A stretch of 64,000 bases of DNA from assembly GCA_041690355.1 (NCBI GenBank), contig JAWLHK010000001.1, positions 124,001-188,000 of the forward strand, in the 5' to 3' direction. Origin of the DNA: a bacterium. GTDB taxonomy: Bacteria > J088 > JAWLBW01. The translations under genes and the position numbers were made by a program. The notes under the pieces were generated by a model. The model was given only the letters and a program-made list of their open reading frames with translations. It was not told the DNA's origin and did not search any database. The number at the start of each line of letters is the position of its first letter. Position 1 is the stretch's first letter. Below are positions 37,509 to 45,988 of this stretch, in pieces.

Positions 37509-37868
37509 TCACTCCCGCCACAGGATGCTCCAGCCGCCGCCGTACCGGCCCGGATCGTAGCCGCCCGGCAGCGCAAGGAGCGTGATCGCGAGCGCCGTGA
37601 GAACGTGTCCGATGACGACCCCCTGCGGTCCGCCGAAAAGGGCTGCCGCCCCCAGAAGCCCGATGGCCAGGGGAATGCAGACCAGGCGCACCGGCCGCAG
37701 CACGCGCCAGAGCGACATGAAGGCAAAGCTCACGATCAGCGGCCCGGCAATCTGGTCGGCCGTGGCCAGCGGAAGTTCCGCATAGCCGAACCCGTGCGGA
37801 GCGGCCACGAGCGCAAGCCCGAGCAGGACGTTGACGCCCTGGGCGAAACGGGGGAGTCGATCAGTCAC
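37509..37868 (-). CDS. SPW-repeat-type membrane protein
   Basis: Four TM segments, D.IAGPL and C-terminal RYGGGW; GTG start overlaps the VKOR stop. Confidence 0.7.
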   Translation of the reverse strand: MTDRLPRFAQGVNVLLGLALVAAPHGFGYAELPLATADQIAGPLIVSFAFMSLWRVLRPVRLVCIPLAIGLLGAAALFGGPQGVVIGHVLTALAITLLALPGGYDPGRYGGGWSILWRE

Positions 37869-38403
37869 GGCTCCCCCGGAAGAGCGCGTCCCAGAAGCCA
37901 CGGCCGCCGCGTACCTCGCGCGCGACCCACTGGCATGCGGCCAACACCTCGTCCATGGCCGGACCGATCATGGCCAGCGAGATCGCGGCGGTGACCAGGC
38001 AAAGCGTGCAGAACGCGTCGAAGAGAACCGGCTGCAGGATGACCAGGCCGATGCTCACGGCCCCGAGCGGCCCGACCGCGAGGCCGAAGACGATGACGAT
38101 CCACGGCATGGTGCGCCAACGGGTGCGCCCCCCGATCACACCGGCCACGGCGTCGATCAGGTAGCCGAGCGCCCCCAGGGCCGCGTCGGGAATGGGGAGC
38201 ACGCGCGAGATGGATGAGTTGAGAATGATGCGGCTCCCGTCTCCGAAGAACGGTTCCCACACCGTGGGGAACACGCGCCACTGATAGAGCGCAAGGTATC
38301 CGGCGATGAGGAACCCCAGGACGGCGAGGCCGACGATGGGCAGGCGCTGCAACCAGGTCGCCGGGTTGCGCGACCATCCCTGGGGAATTTCCGAGGCGGC
38401 CAT
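37861..38403 (-). CDS. Vitamin K epoxide reductase family protein
   Basis: GWS.NP.TW.QR, EPFFG.GS..IL.S, PDA.LG, FCTLC. Confidence 0.85.
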   Translation of the reverse strand: MAASEIPQGWSRNPATWLQRLPIVGLAVLGFLIAGYLALYQWRVFPTVWEPFFGDGSRIILNSSISRVLPIPDAALGALGYLIDAVAGVIGGRTRWRTMPWIVIVFGLAVGPLGAVSIGLVILQPVLFDAFCTLCLVTAAISLAMIGPAMDEVLAACQWVAREVRGGRGFWDALFRGSRD

Positions 38404-38541
38404 CGCTCTCATTCTGGCGCCCCCGCCCCCGGGTGCACAGCCTGTCCGCCCGATCTGAAGCCGGGTGGCAGCCGTGCGCTCCGCTGGTAGAATGTTCGTT
38501 CTGCACTGCAGCGTTACCCTATCGAACGGAGTGTTCCCGCC

Positions 38542-38955
38542 ATGACGACCGAACTCTGGGCCCTGCTCGGCTTCGCCTTCTGGCCCGTCCTGCTCGTGAC
38601 CGCCATCGGCGGCTTTCGCGCCCTCGATGTCCTGACCGGCCGTAAGAAGGCCAACGAATTTCCCGCAGGCGTGCCGCACGGCGGCGACCTGTACTGGCGG
38701 CTCAACCGGGCGCACCTGAACAGCCTCGAAAACCTGCCCATCGTCGCCTCGGTCTTCATCATCGCTCACCTTGCCGGCGTGCACTCGGCGCTCACCGAGA
38801 CGCTCGCCCTCGTCATTCTCGGCGCGCGAATCGTGCAGTCGGTCATCCACATCAGCTCGGGCACGCCGATGGCCGTCAATCTGCGTTTCACCGCTTACGT
38901 GGTGCAGCTTCTCGCGCTGGCCGTCTTCGGCTTCCAGCTCCTGCAGCAGGCATAA
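38542..38955 (+). CDS. MAPEG family membrane protein
   Basis: RLNRAHLNSLENLP and ARI.QS..H. Confidence 0.88.
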   Translation: MTTELWALLGFAFWPVLLVTAIGGFRALDVLTGRKKANEFPAGVPHGGDLYWRLNRAHLNSLENLPIVASVFIIAHLAGVHSALTETLALVILGARIVQSVIHISSGTPMAVNLRFTAYVVQLLALAVFGFQLLQQA

Positions 38956-38958
38956 GCA

Positions 38959-39744
38959 ATGACGACCAGTAAGATCTCGTGGGAGAAGCGCGGCGATCAC
39001 GTCGTGCTCATCGGCATCAACCGGCCCGAGAAGCGCAATGCCTTCGACCTCGAAATGCTGCACGGCCTTTCCGAAGCCTACACGCGCTACGAAGAAGACG
39101 ACAGCCTGCGTTGCGCCGTCCTGCACGCGCACGGCGCCCACTTCACGGGAGGACTCGATCTGGCCGCCGTCTCCCCCTCGTTCCGCACGGGCGACTGGAA
39201 CCGGCCCGAAGGGGGGCTCGATCCGCTCGACCTCGGCGGCCGCCACCGCACCAAGCCGCTCGTCTGCGCCGTGCAGGGGTACTGCTTTACCATCGGCCTC
39301 GAGCTCATGCTCGCCTCCGACATCCGCGTGGCGGCGGCCGATACGCAGTTTGCCATGCTCGAGGTCCGGCGGGGAATCTATCCGGTCGGCGGCGCGACCC
39401 TGCGCTTTCCCCAGGAAGCCGGGTGGAGCAACGCCATGCGCTACCTGCTCACCGGCGACACCTTCGGGGCACAGGACGCGCTGCGCATGAACCTCGTGCA
39501 GGAAGTGGCAGAACCGGGCACCCAGCTCGAGCGCGCCGTCGCCCTGGCCGAAACAGTGGCCCGGCAGGCCCCGCTCGGCGTACGGGCCGTGCTCGCCTCG
39601 TCGCGCATGGCCATGGTCGACGGCGAAGCACAGGCCGCCGCACAGCTGCTGCCGCTACTGCAGCCGATACTCGACAGCGCAGACGCCCAGGAAGGAGTCC
39701 AGTCGTTTCTCGAACGGCGCGAGGCACGGTTTTCGGGGAAGTAG
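38959..39744 (+). CDS. Enoyl-CoA hydratase/crotonase
   Basis: NRPEKRNA, FTGGLDL, G.ELMLASDI, EV.RGI.P.GG. Confidence 0.93.
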   Translation: MTTSKISWEKRGDHVVLIGINRPEKRNAFDLEMLHGLSEAYTRYEEDDSLRCAVLHAHGAHFTGGLDLAAVSPSFRTGDWNRPEGGLDPLDLGGRHRTKPLVCAVQGYCFTIGLELMLASDIRVAAADTQFAMLEVRRGIYPVGGATLRFPQEAGWSNAMRYLLTGDTFGAQDALRMNLVQEVAEPGTQLERAVALAETVARQAPLGVRAVLASSRMAMVDGEAQAAAQLLPLLQPILDSADAQEGVQSFLERREARFSGK

Positions 39745-39818
39745 GTTCGAAAAAAAGGGGCGGGGCAAACGCCGTTTTGTGGTAAGATATACCCAAACCG
39801 GAAAGACCGGAGACACCC

Positions 39819-40205
39819 TTGCCGTCCACCTGTCGCGCCAGCCGTCCCATTCTCCTCGTCGATGACGACCGGGACATCCGCCAGGCTTTCGAGATGATAC
39901 TCGAGGCCGAAGGCTACTTTTCCGTTTCGGCGGCGAACGGTCGCGAAGCGCTGCAGATTCTGATCGAGAACCGGCTGACGCCCGCCGCCATCTTTCTCGA
40001 CCTCGACATGCCCGTCATGAACGGCCGCGAGTTCCTGCGCGCCAAGCTTGCCGGCAACTACGCCCCCGAAAGCCCCGTGGTCGTTTTTGCGGCGGCCTCC
40101 CAACGCGAGGTTTTGGAAGGAACGGTGGCCTGGCTGCAGAAGCCCGTCGATCTCAACGAACTCCTGGGGGTCGTCGAAAGCGTGTGCGGCCAACGCGGCA
40201 CCTGA
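39819..40205 (+). CDS. Single-domain response regulator
   Basis: ILLVDDD, FLDLDMPVMNG, LQKP; TTG start with GGAG SD. Confidence 0.85.
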   Translation: MPSTCRASRPILLVDDDRDIRQAFEMILEAEGYFSVSAANGREALQILIENRLTPAAIFLDLDMPVMNGREFLRAKLAGNYAPESPVVVFAAASQREVLEGTVAWLQKPVDLNELLGVVESVCGQRGT

Positions 40206-40246
40206 ACCGCCGTTTATGGAAGAGGAGCGGCGTCAGAGAACCCTTG

Positions 40247-40609
40247 TCAGGCGTTCTCACCGAGCAGACGTCGCACGTGGTCGAGAATGGCGCCCGCCGA
40301 CGCCGGCTTCTCCAGAAACGGCACCCCGAGGCCTCGCGCCCGGCCGGCCAGGGCAGAGTAGATGATCACAGGCACCTCGCGCCAACGCGGATGCGCGCGC
40401 ATCTTCCGAAGCAGCTGTTCGCCATCGACGCCGGGCATGTCGAGATCGGCGAGAAGCAACCCCGGCAGAGGGGGGAGATCGAGGGCGATCAGCGCCTCGG
40501 CCCCGTCCGACACGCCGACCGCCACGAACCCCGCGTCCCCGAGCAGGGCCACCAGCGCCTCGCGGATTGACCTATCGTCTTCGACCACTAGTACGTATTG
40601 CATGGGCAT
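40247..40609 (-). CDS. Single-domain response regulator
   Basis: VLVVEDD, LADLDMPGVDG, FLEKP; start at 40609 or 40603. Confidence 0.85.
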   Translation of the reverse strand: MPMQYVLVVEDDRSIREALVALLGDAGFVAVGVSDGAEALIALDLPPLPGLLLADLDMPGVDGEQLLRKMRAHPRWREVPVIIYSALAGRARGLGVPFLEKPASAGAILDHVRRLLGENA

Positions 40610-40668
40610 GAGAAGGGCCATCGTGCTCGAATCTTGCGAAAGGCACAAGAAGTCTCCCATTCAAAGAA

Positions 40669-40701
40669 TAGAAAAACTACACGAAATCAGGTAGTTTTCT
40701 A
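40669..40701. promoter_or_regulatory. AT-rich inverted repeat in a divergent promoter region
   Basis: tagaaaaactac-acgaaatcag-gtagttttcta. Confidence 0.45.
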
Positions 40702-40782
40702 CCTTTCTCTACCTCATGCATGAGATCGTATACGTCTATGCGTCAATCCAGAAGCGCAGATGGAATCGGGGTTCTGCCCACG

Positions 40783-41187
40783 ATGCGAATGCGGGAAGTC
40801 GCCGCCCTGAGCGGCCTTTCGGCGTCAACGCTGCGCAAATACGAAGCGCTCGGCCTCGTGCTCCCCTACAAGGAGAGCTCGGGACACCGCCTCTACTCCC
40901 AGCAGGATATCGCCTGGCTTCTTCTCCTGCGCACGTACTTCGAACGCACCGGCCGAACCCCCAGTTCGCTCGGCGACCTGCTGGCCATCGTACCCTTTCA
41001 GGACATCCGCCACGCAGTCCTCGGTGAGCCGTGCGCGGTCAGAAACACCGATTCGGTGTGCTGGCTCGTGCACGCCGACGATCCGGCCTGGCGGCGCAAG
41101 TGCCGCGACTGCCCCGGCTACCAGCAGAAGGACCGGTCTCTCGAGTTTCTGCGCCACTTCCGCGTGATTCCGCGCCTCAAAGGCTGA
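40783..41187 (+). CDS. MerR/HspR-like HTH regulator with Cys-rich C-terminus
   Basis: MREVA.LSG.S.STLR.YE..GL..P.....GHRLYS; C..CW...C..CP.Y; alternative start at 40720. Confidence 0.8.
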   Translation: MRMREVAALSGLSASTLRKYEALGLVLPYKESSGHRLYSQQDIAWLLLLRTYFERTGRTPSSLGDLLAIVPFQDIRHAVLGEPCAVRNTDSVCWLVHADDPAWRRKCRDCPGYQQKDRSLEFLRHFRVIPRLKG

Positions 41188-41304
41188 GCGACTCTTTTCC
41201 ACTACCGGCGCCGCCGCGCCCGTGCGTCAAGGGGAAGCTCTGCGGCGCCCCCCTCGGTGGCAGACATGCTTCCGCGTCCCCCTACAATGGGAATCAGGGG
41301 AAGC

Positions 41305-41910
41305 ATGAAAGATACCGTCGTTTCCAACCGTAACGAATCGGTGCGCATGTTCGAGAGCCGCTTTCTCGAGGCTTTCTCGCACGTGCACCCGATTACGCCG
41401 CTGGTCCTCTTCGTCCCGGTCGTGGCCTGGTTTCTCTACACGGCCTTCGCAAGCGTCGGGCTGCACGCCGGAGAGGTGCTGGCCGGATTTCTCGGCGGTC
41501 TCTTCGCGTGGACGCTGCTTGAGTACACGCTGCACCGTCACGTCTTTCACTTCGCCCCCGACACACGCTGGGGGCGGCGGCTGCATTTCATCATGCACGG
41601 CGTGCATCACGAGTATCCGAACGACAGCACGCGGCTCGTCATGCCGCCGGGCCTGAGCATCCCGCTCGCCTTCGTCGTCCACGCGGGGCTCGCGGCCGCC
41701 GCCGGGCGCTTCGCCGCTCCGATGTTTGCCGGCATCGTGACCGGCTATCTCGCCTACGACATGCTGCACTACGCCGTGCACCACTTGCGCGCGCGCAATC
41801 GGCTCTTTCTGGCCCTCAAGCGCAACCACATGCTGCACCACTACCGCGACGACGACAGCCGCTACGGGGTCAGCACCCCCCTCTGGGACTACGTCTTTCG
41901 CACCCGCTGA
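41305..41910 (+). CDS. Fatty acid hydroxylase / sterol desaturase family (FA2H-like)
   Basis: His boxes EY.LHR..FH, HG.HH, YD..HY..HH, H..HH; YGVSTPLWD. Confidence 0.92.
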   Translation: MKDTVVSNRNESVRMFESRFLEAFSHVHPITPLVLFVPVVAWFLYTAFASVGLHAGEVLAGFLGGLFAWTLLEYTLHRHVFHFAPDTRWGRRLHFIMHGVHHEYPNDSTRLVMPPGLSIPLAFVVHAGLAAAAGRFAAPMFAGIVTGYLAYDMLHYAVHHLRARNRLFLALKRNHMLHHYRDDDSRYGVSTPLWDYVFRTR

Positions 41911-41916
41911 CCGAGA

Positions 41917-42061
41917 ATTGACGAGTGACAATTTACAATTGACGATTTGCCGGAAACTGAGATACCGGCAGTCCAATACAGACATACGTCAGGCATGAGT
42001 CGTCGGGTCGGGGCAGAGTCTCGCCCGAGAAATCGTCAATCGTCATTCGTAAATTGTAAAT
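41917..42061. repeat. Two inverted ATTGACG arrays (41917-41948 on +, 42030-42061 on -) between convergent genes
   Basis: attgacg agtgaca atttaca attgacg attt ... aaat cgtcaat cgtcatt cgtaaat tgtaaat. Confidence 0.9.
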
Positions 42062-43446
42062 TAAAGGAGGGTGCCGGTCAGCAGGGCCGAGGCGACCGTG
42101 AAGTAGATGACGACGCCGGTGACATCGACCAGGGTCGCCACGAACGGGGTCGACGAGGTCGCCGGATCGGCCCCGAGCCGCTTCATGAGAAAAGGGAGCA
42201 TCGAGCCCGTCAGCGTGCCCCAGAGCACGACGCCGAGCAGTGAGATGCCGACGACGAGGGCCACCAGATACCAGTGTTCCCCGTAAACGTGAAAGACCTG
42301 CTCCCAGACGGCGACGCGCAGAAACCCGATGACGCCGAGCATCGAGCCCAGCGCCAGCCCCGAGAAGATCTCGCGGCGCATGACCTGCCACCAGTCGTGC
42401 AGGCGCAGTTCGCCAACGGCCAGCGCGCGAATGACGAGCGTGGCGGCCTGCGAGCCGCTGTTGCCCCCGCTCGAGATGATGAGCGGCACGAACAGGGCGA
42501 GAATGACGGCGCGTGCTATCTGGTCCTCGAAATAGGCCATGGCGCTTGCGGTCAGCATCTCGCCGATGAACAGGACGACGAGCCAGGGGGCGCGCTTGCC
42601 GAACAGTTCCCCGAACGAGGTGTTCAGATACGGCTCGTCGAGCGCCTCGGTGCCGCCGAGCTTCTGAATGTCTTCGGTGGCCTCGCGCTCGGCGACGTCG
42701 AGCACGTCGTCATGGGTCACGATGCCCACGAGCACGCCGCCGGCATCGGTCACCGGCAGGGCTACCCGCCCGTAGGCGCGAAAGGCCTCAATGGCCGATT
42801 CCTGATCTTCGGTGGCCCGCAGTGACACGAAGCGCTCGTCCATCAGATCGGCCAGCTTCGTTTCGGGATTGGCCAGCAGCAGTTCGCGGATGCGCAGATC
42901 GTCGATGAGGCGGCCGCCCTGATCGATCAGGTAGACCACGTTGAGCGTCTCGCTGTCCTTGCCGTGGCGGCGGATGTGCTCGAGCGCTTCCCTCACATTC
43001 CACTCGGGGCGCAGCGAGACGAATTCGGGGGTCATGAGGCGCCCGATGCTCCCCTCGGGGTAGCCGAGCAGCGTGAGCGTGACCTTGCGCTCTTCGGGCG
43101 AGAGCAGCACGATGAGCCGCTGCGCCACGGCGCCGGGCAGCTCCTCGAGAAAGGCCGTCCGGTCGTCGGGGCTCAGTTCGTTGAGCACGCCGGCGAGAAA
43201 GTCCTTCTCCTGCGCCAGCGCCTCGACCAGCGCCTGCTGCTTCTCGAAGGGCATGTACTCGAAGGCGTCGGCGGCCAGGCCGCGAGGGAGCAGGCGAAAG
43301 ACGATGACGTCTTCCTGGCGCGAAAGATCGGCGATGAGCGCGGCAATTTCCGGCGGGGTCCACTCGGCGAGCAGCCCGCTCAGGGCGCGGAAATCGCGGC
43401 GCTCAATCAGCTCTTCGATCTCGGGTTTGAACAGGTGCTCGAGCAT
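42061..43446 (-). CDS. mgtE: Magnesium transporter MgtE (copy 1)
   Basis: N domain, CBS pair, PLIISSGGNSGSQAAT, PFVATLVDVTG. Confidence 0.95.
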   Translation of the reverse strand: MLEHLFKPEIEELIERRDFRALSGLLAEWTPPEIAALIADLSRQEDVIVFRLLPRGLAADAFEYMPFEKQQALVEALAQEKDFLAGVLNELSPDDRTAFLEELPGAVAQRLIVLLSPEERKVTLTLLGYPEGSIGRLMTPEFVSLRPEWNVREALEHIRRHGKDSETLNVVYLIDQGGRLIDDLRIRELLLANPETKLADLMDERFVSLRATEDQESAIEAFRAYGRVALPVTDAGGVLVGIVTHDDVLDVAEREATEDIQKLGGTEALDEPYLNTSFGELFGKRAPWLVVLFIGEMLTASAMAYFEDQIARAVILALFVPLIISSGGNSGSQAATLVIRALAVGELRLHDWWQVMRREIFSGLALGSMLGVIGFLRVAVWEQVFHVYGEHWYLVALVVGISLLGVVLWGTLTGSMLPFLMKRLGADPATSSTPFVATLVDVTGVVIYFTVASALLTGTLL

Positions 43447-43556
43447 GGAATTCTACAGGGTAGCGCAAAGTCTTTTTCGCCGCCCGGGCAGAAAGAAAGC
43501 GGCCGCACGGGGGTCACCCTGCGGCCGCTGCGGAAAAGGAGGAAGAAGCGAGCCGG

Positions 43557-44519
43557 TCAGTTCACGTATTTGGCCGAAACGGCCTCGTCGGCCATCTGCT
43601 CCATGGTCATCGCCCGGACGCGCCTGGCTTCTTCGGCGTCGTAGAGGTCGACCATGTATTTTCCGGGGGCCCCTGCGACGCGCGAAATGAATTCGCCGAA
43701 GAGCGGGCCGAGGCGCGGATGATTGTAGGTCTGGCGCAGCTTGTAGAGGAACTGGGCGAAGGGGCGGTTGAGCAACTTGGGCTTCTCCGACAGCATCTGC
43801 ATGCGCTTGAACGCCTCGGTCATGCGCTTGCCCTGCGGGTCGAGAAGGTCCATCGGGTTGAGGAACACGGCGATCATGAAGGGCCGCGCGTAGTAGAGCA
43901 TGTTCATGAAGGCCCAGGCGGCCTTGGCCCATTCTTCGCGGGTCTTCTTCGTGCTCGGCAGCCGGCCCTGTTCAGCCAGATCGGCGTAGTACTCCATCAT
44001 GAAGTAATCCATGGCGATGTGCCGCGATTCGTCGCGGTTGATGAGATCCATGGCCTGGTTCGACATGTCGTCGTTCACATAGTCATTGAGCGACCGCAGC
44101 AGCGCAATGTCGAGCATGAGTTCGCCCGACGTGATGTAGACGTTGGCAATCTCGGGCGACACGTAGCGGATGGCATCCAGAAAATGCGGGCGAAAACGCA
44201 CCAGCTCGGGGCTCGTGCGGTAGATGCGGTAGTTGCTGACGTTGTAGAAATCGGCCAGCCGCTCGGCGACCTGGGCGTGGCGTTCTTCATCGGCCACGAA
44301 GGTCGCGAAAATCTTCTTGAGAATCGGGTCTTCGACCAGATCGCGCTGCACCGCGAACAGGGCGCCCGCCAGCCGCTCGATGGCCGCCATATCGGTAAAG
44401 TACTGCACGATCGTGGTTTCTTCATCGCGGCTCATCTGCCGCGGCTTGACCGTCCAGTCGAGCTGATCGATTTTCCACTGACCGGCCCGGCATTTTTCCA
44501 GCATGCGTTCGAGATCCAT
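43557..44519 (-). CDS. Ferritin-like di-iron protein
   Basis: IERLA, DEERH, GELMLD, DESRH; GAGGAGG SD before ATG 44519. Confidence 0.8.
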   Translation of the reverse strand: MDLERMLEKCRAGQWKIDQLDWTVKPRQMSRDEETTIVQYFTDMAAIERLAGALFAVQRDLVEDPILKKIFATFVADEERHAQVAERLADFYNVSNYRIYRTSPELVRFRPHFLDAIRYVSPEIANVYITSGELMLDIALLRSLNDYVNDDMSNQAMDLINRDESRHIAMDYFMMEYYADLAEQGRLPSTKKTREEWAKAAWAFMNMLYYARPFMIAVFLNPMDLLDPQGKRMTEAFKRMQMLSEKPKLLNRPFAQFLYKLRQTYNHPRLGPLFGEFISRVAGAPGKYMVDLYDAEEARRVRAMTMEQMADEAVSAKYVN

Positions 44520-44571
44520 GCGCGCCTCCTCGCTCCGTCGAGCGTTCGACAACCGCCTTCATGATACCATC

Positions 44572-44587
44572 TACCTATCGGTAGGTA
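44572..44587. promoter_or_regulatory. Operator-like palindrome between divergent genes
   Basis: TACCTA-tcgg-TAGGTA. Confidence 0.65.
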
Positions 44588-44640
44588 AAATATGATAGCA
44601 TGGATTGCACACCCACGGTATTCCCCCACGGAGCGTTTTC

Positions 44641-45585
44641 ATGGCGTTACCTGACAGGCTCCCTCCCGATCTGGAGGAGCTGGCGCGCGAAGTGCGCGAT
44701 CCGAAAGCCGGTTTTTTCGGTCCGGGCTCCTATCTCTGGCGGCTGCTCCGCGAAAACACGATCCAGCTCGCCGGCCCCTACGCCGCCCTGATGCAGGTCG
44801 CCCATCCCCATGTGGCCCAGGGGGTTGCCGAGCACAGCGCCTACGACACGGATCCGATCGGACGACTGCGGCGTACCTTCACGGCCGTGCATCGCATCGT
44901 TTTCGGCAGCCTGGACGCCGCCCTCGAAGCGGCCCTGCAGACGCGCAACATCCACAAACGGGTCCAGGGGACGCTCCCCACTCCCACGCAGGCCTTCGAA
45001 GAGGGTTCCCGCTATCACGCGAACCGCGCCGATCTGCTGCTCTGGGTCCAGGCCACCCTCATCGAGGGGGCGATGCTCGGGCATGAACGGTTCGTGCGCC
45101 CGCTTTCCCAAGACGAACGCGAAGGACTTTACCGCGAGCTCACGATCTGCGGGCGCCTGTTCGGCGTTCCCAAGAAATCCTTCCCGGCCGATTACGCCGC
45201 CTTCCGCATCTGGTACGAACGCCAGATCGAAGAGACCCTCGAGGTCACGCCCGCCGGCAAAGACATCGCCGACAACATCATCTGGAATGCGGGCTATTAC
45301 AAAGTGGCCGCGCCGCTGATCATCCTCTCGGCGTCCGGCATGCTCCCGCCCCGCATCCGCAGACAGTACGGACTGCCGTGGAACCGGCTGATGGAGGGGG
45401 CCTTCGAGGCGTTCAGCCTGGGGGTGCGCCAGGGGCGCATTGCCGTACCCCGCTTCGTGCTCTACCGCTCGGCCTACCTGAACGGGCTGCGGCGCATGCA
45501 CGAGCCCCTCCCCCCGCTGAGCGGGGTGGCCCCCATCCGCATGCCGCTCCCCGGCGAGCAGTACCTGCAGCGGCTGGTTCCCTGA
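44641..45585 (+). CDS. Oxygenase MpaB/DUF2236 family protein
   Basis: A.LMQ.AHP.VA.GV.EHS, P.GRL.RT, H..V.G, Y.A...DLLLWV.ATL. Confidence 0.88.
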   Translation: MALPDRLPPDLEELAREVRDPKAGFFGPGSYLWRLLRENTIQLAGPYAALMQVAHPHVAQGVAEHSAYDTDPIGRLRRTFTAVHRIVFGSLDAALEAALQTRNIHKRVQGTLPTPTQAFEEGSRYHANRADLLLWVQATLIEGAMLGHERFVRPLSQDEREGLYRELTICGRLFGVPKKSFPADYAAFRIWYERQIEETLEVTPAGKDIADNIIWNAGYYKVAAPLIILSASGMLPPRIRRQYGLPWNRLMEGAFEAFSLGVRQGRIAVPRFVLYRSAYLNGLRRMHEPLPPLSGVAPIRMPLPGEQYLQRLVP

Positions 45586-45607
45586 GGAGAAGGCCGCAGA
45601 AGGGCAT

Positions 45608-45638
45608 AAAAAAACCCGGACACGAGTCCGGGTTTTTT
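45608..45638. terminator. Bidirectional terminator
   Basis: aaaaaacccggac-acga-gtccgggtttttt. Confidence 0.9.
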
Positions 45639-45657
45639 CGTGGGCGTGCGGCGACCC

Positions 45658-45876
45658 TTACTTGCTTTCCATCACGGCGATGGAGAAGACGAAGGTCGTC
45701 CCGAAGGACGCCAGCGCGAAGGCGAACCAGAGGTAGTGGGTCACCAGGTTGGGCACTTCGAGCAGGCCCATGGCCGCGAAAACCACGGTAAGCAGGGCGC
45801 CGAGACCGGCCAGAATCTTGTAGCTCTGCGTTTCGTGCGCGGACGAAAAGTTCTCGGAAGCGGAATGATCACTCAT
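45658..45876 (-). CDS. Small two-TM membrane protein
   Basis: MSDHSASENF... with two hydrophobic helices; start at 45876 or 45882. Confidence 0.65.
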   Translation of the reverse strand: MSDHSASENFSSAHETQSYKILAGLGALLTVVFAAMGLLEVPNLVTHYLWFAFALASFGTTFVFSIAVMESK

Positions 45877-45988
45877 GGTCATCTCTCTGCGGAAAAGAGG
45901 GGAAACTAGCGCATAGTGTACCAGCCGGGCGGCGAAAATCCCATGCCCCACCTTGTCGGGGTGCCGGGGCGGTGCTAACCTGCTCCGC

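Noticed and set aside
39745-39818. Possible c-di-GMP-I riboswitch (GGCAAAC) before a response regulator
   Set aside because: The GAAA-loop P2 stem and the following GACGCAAA element are absent.
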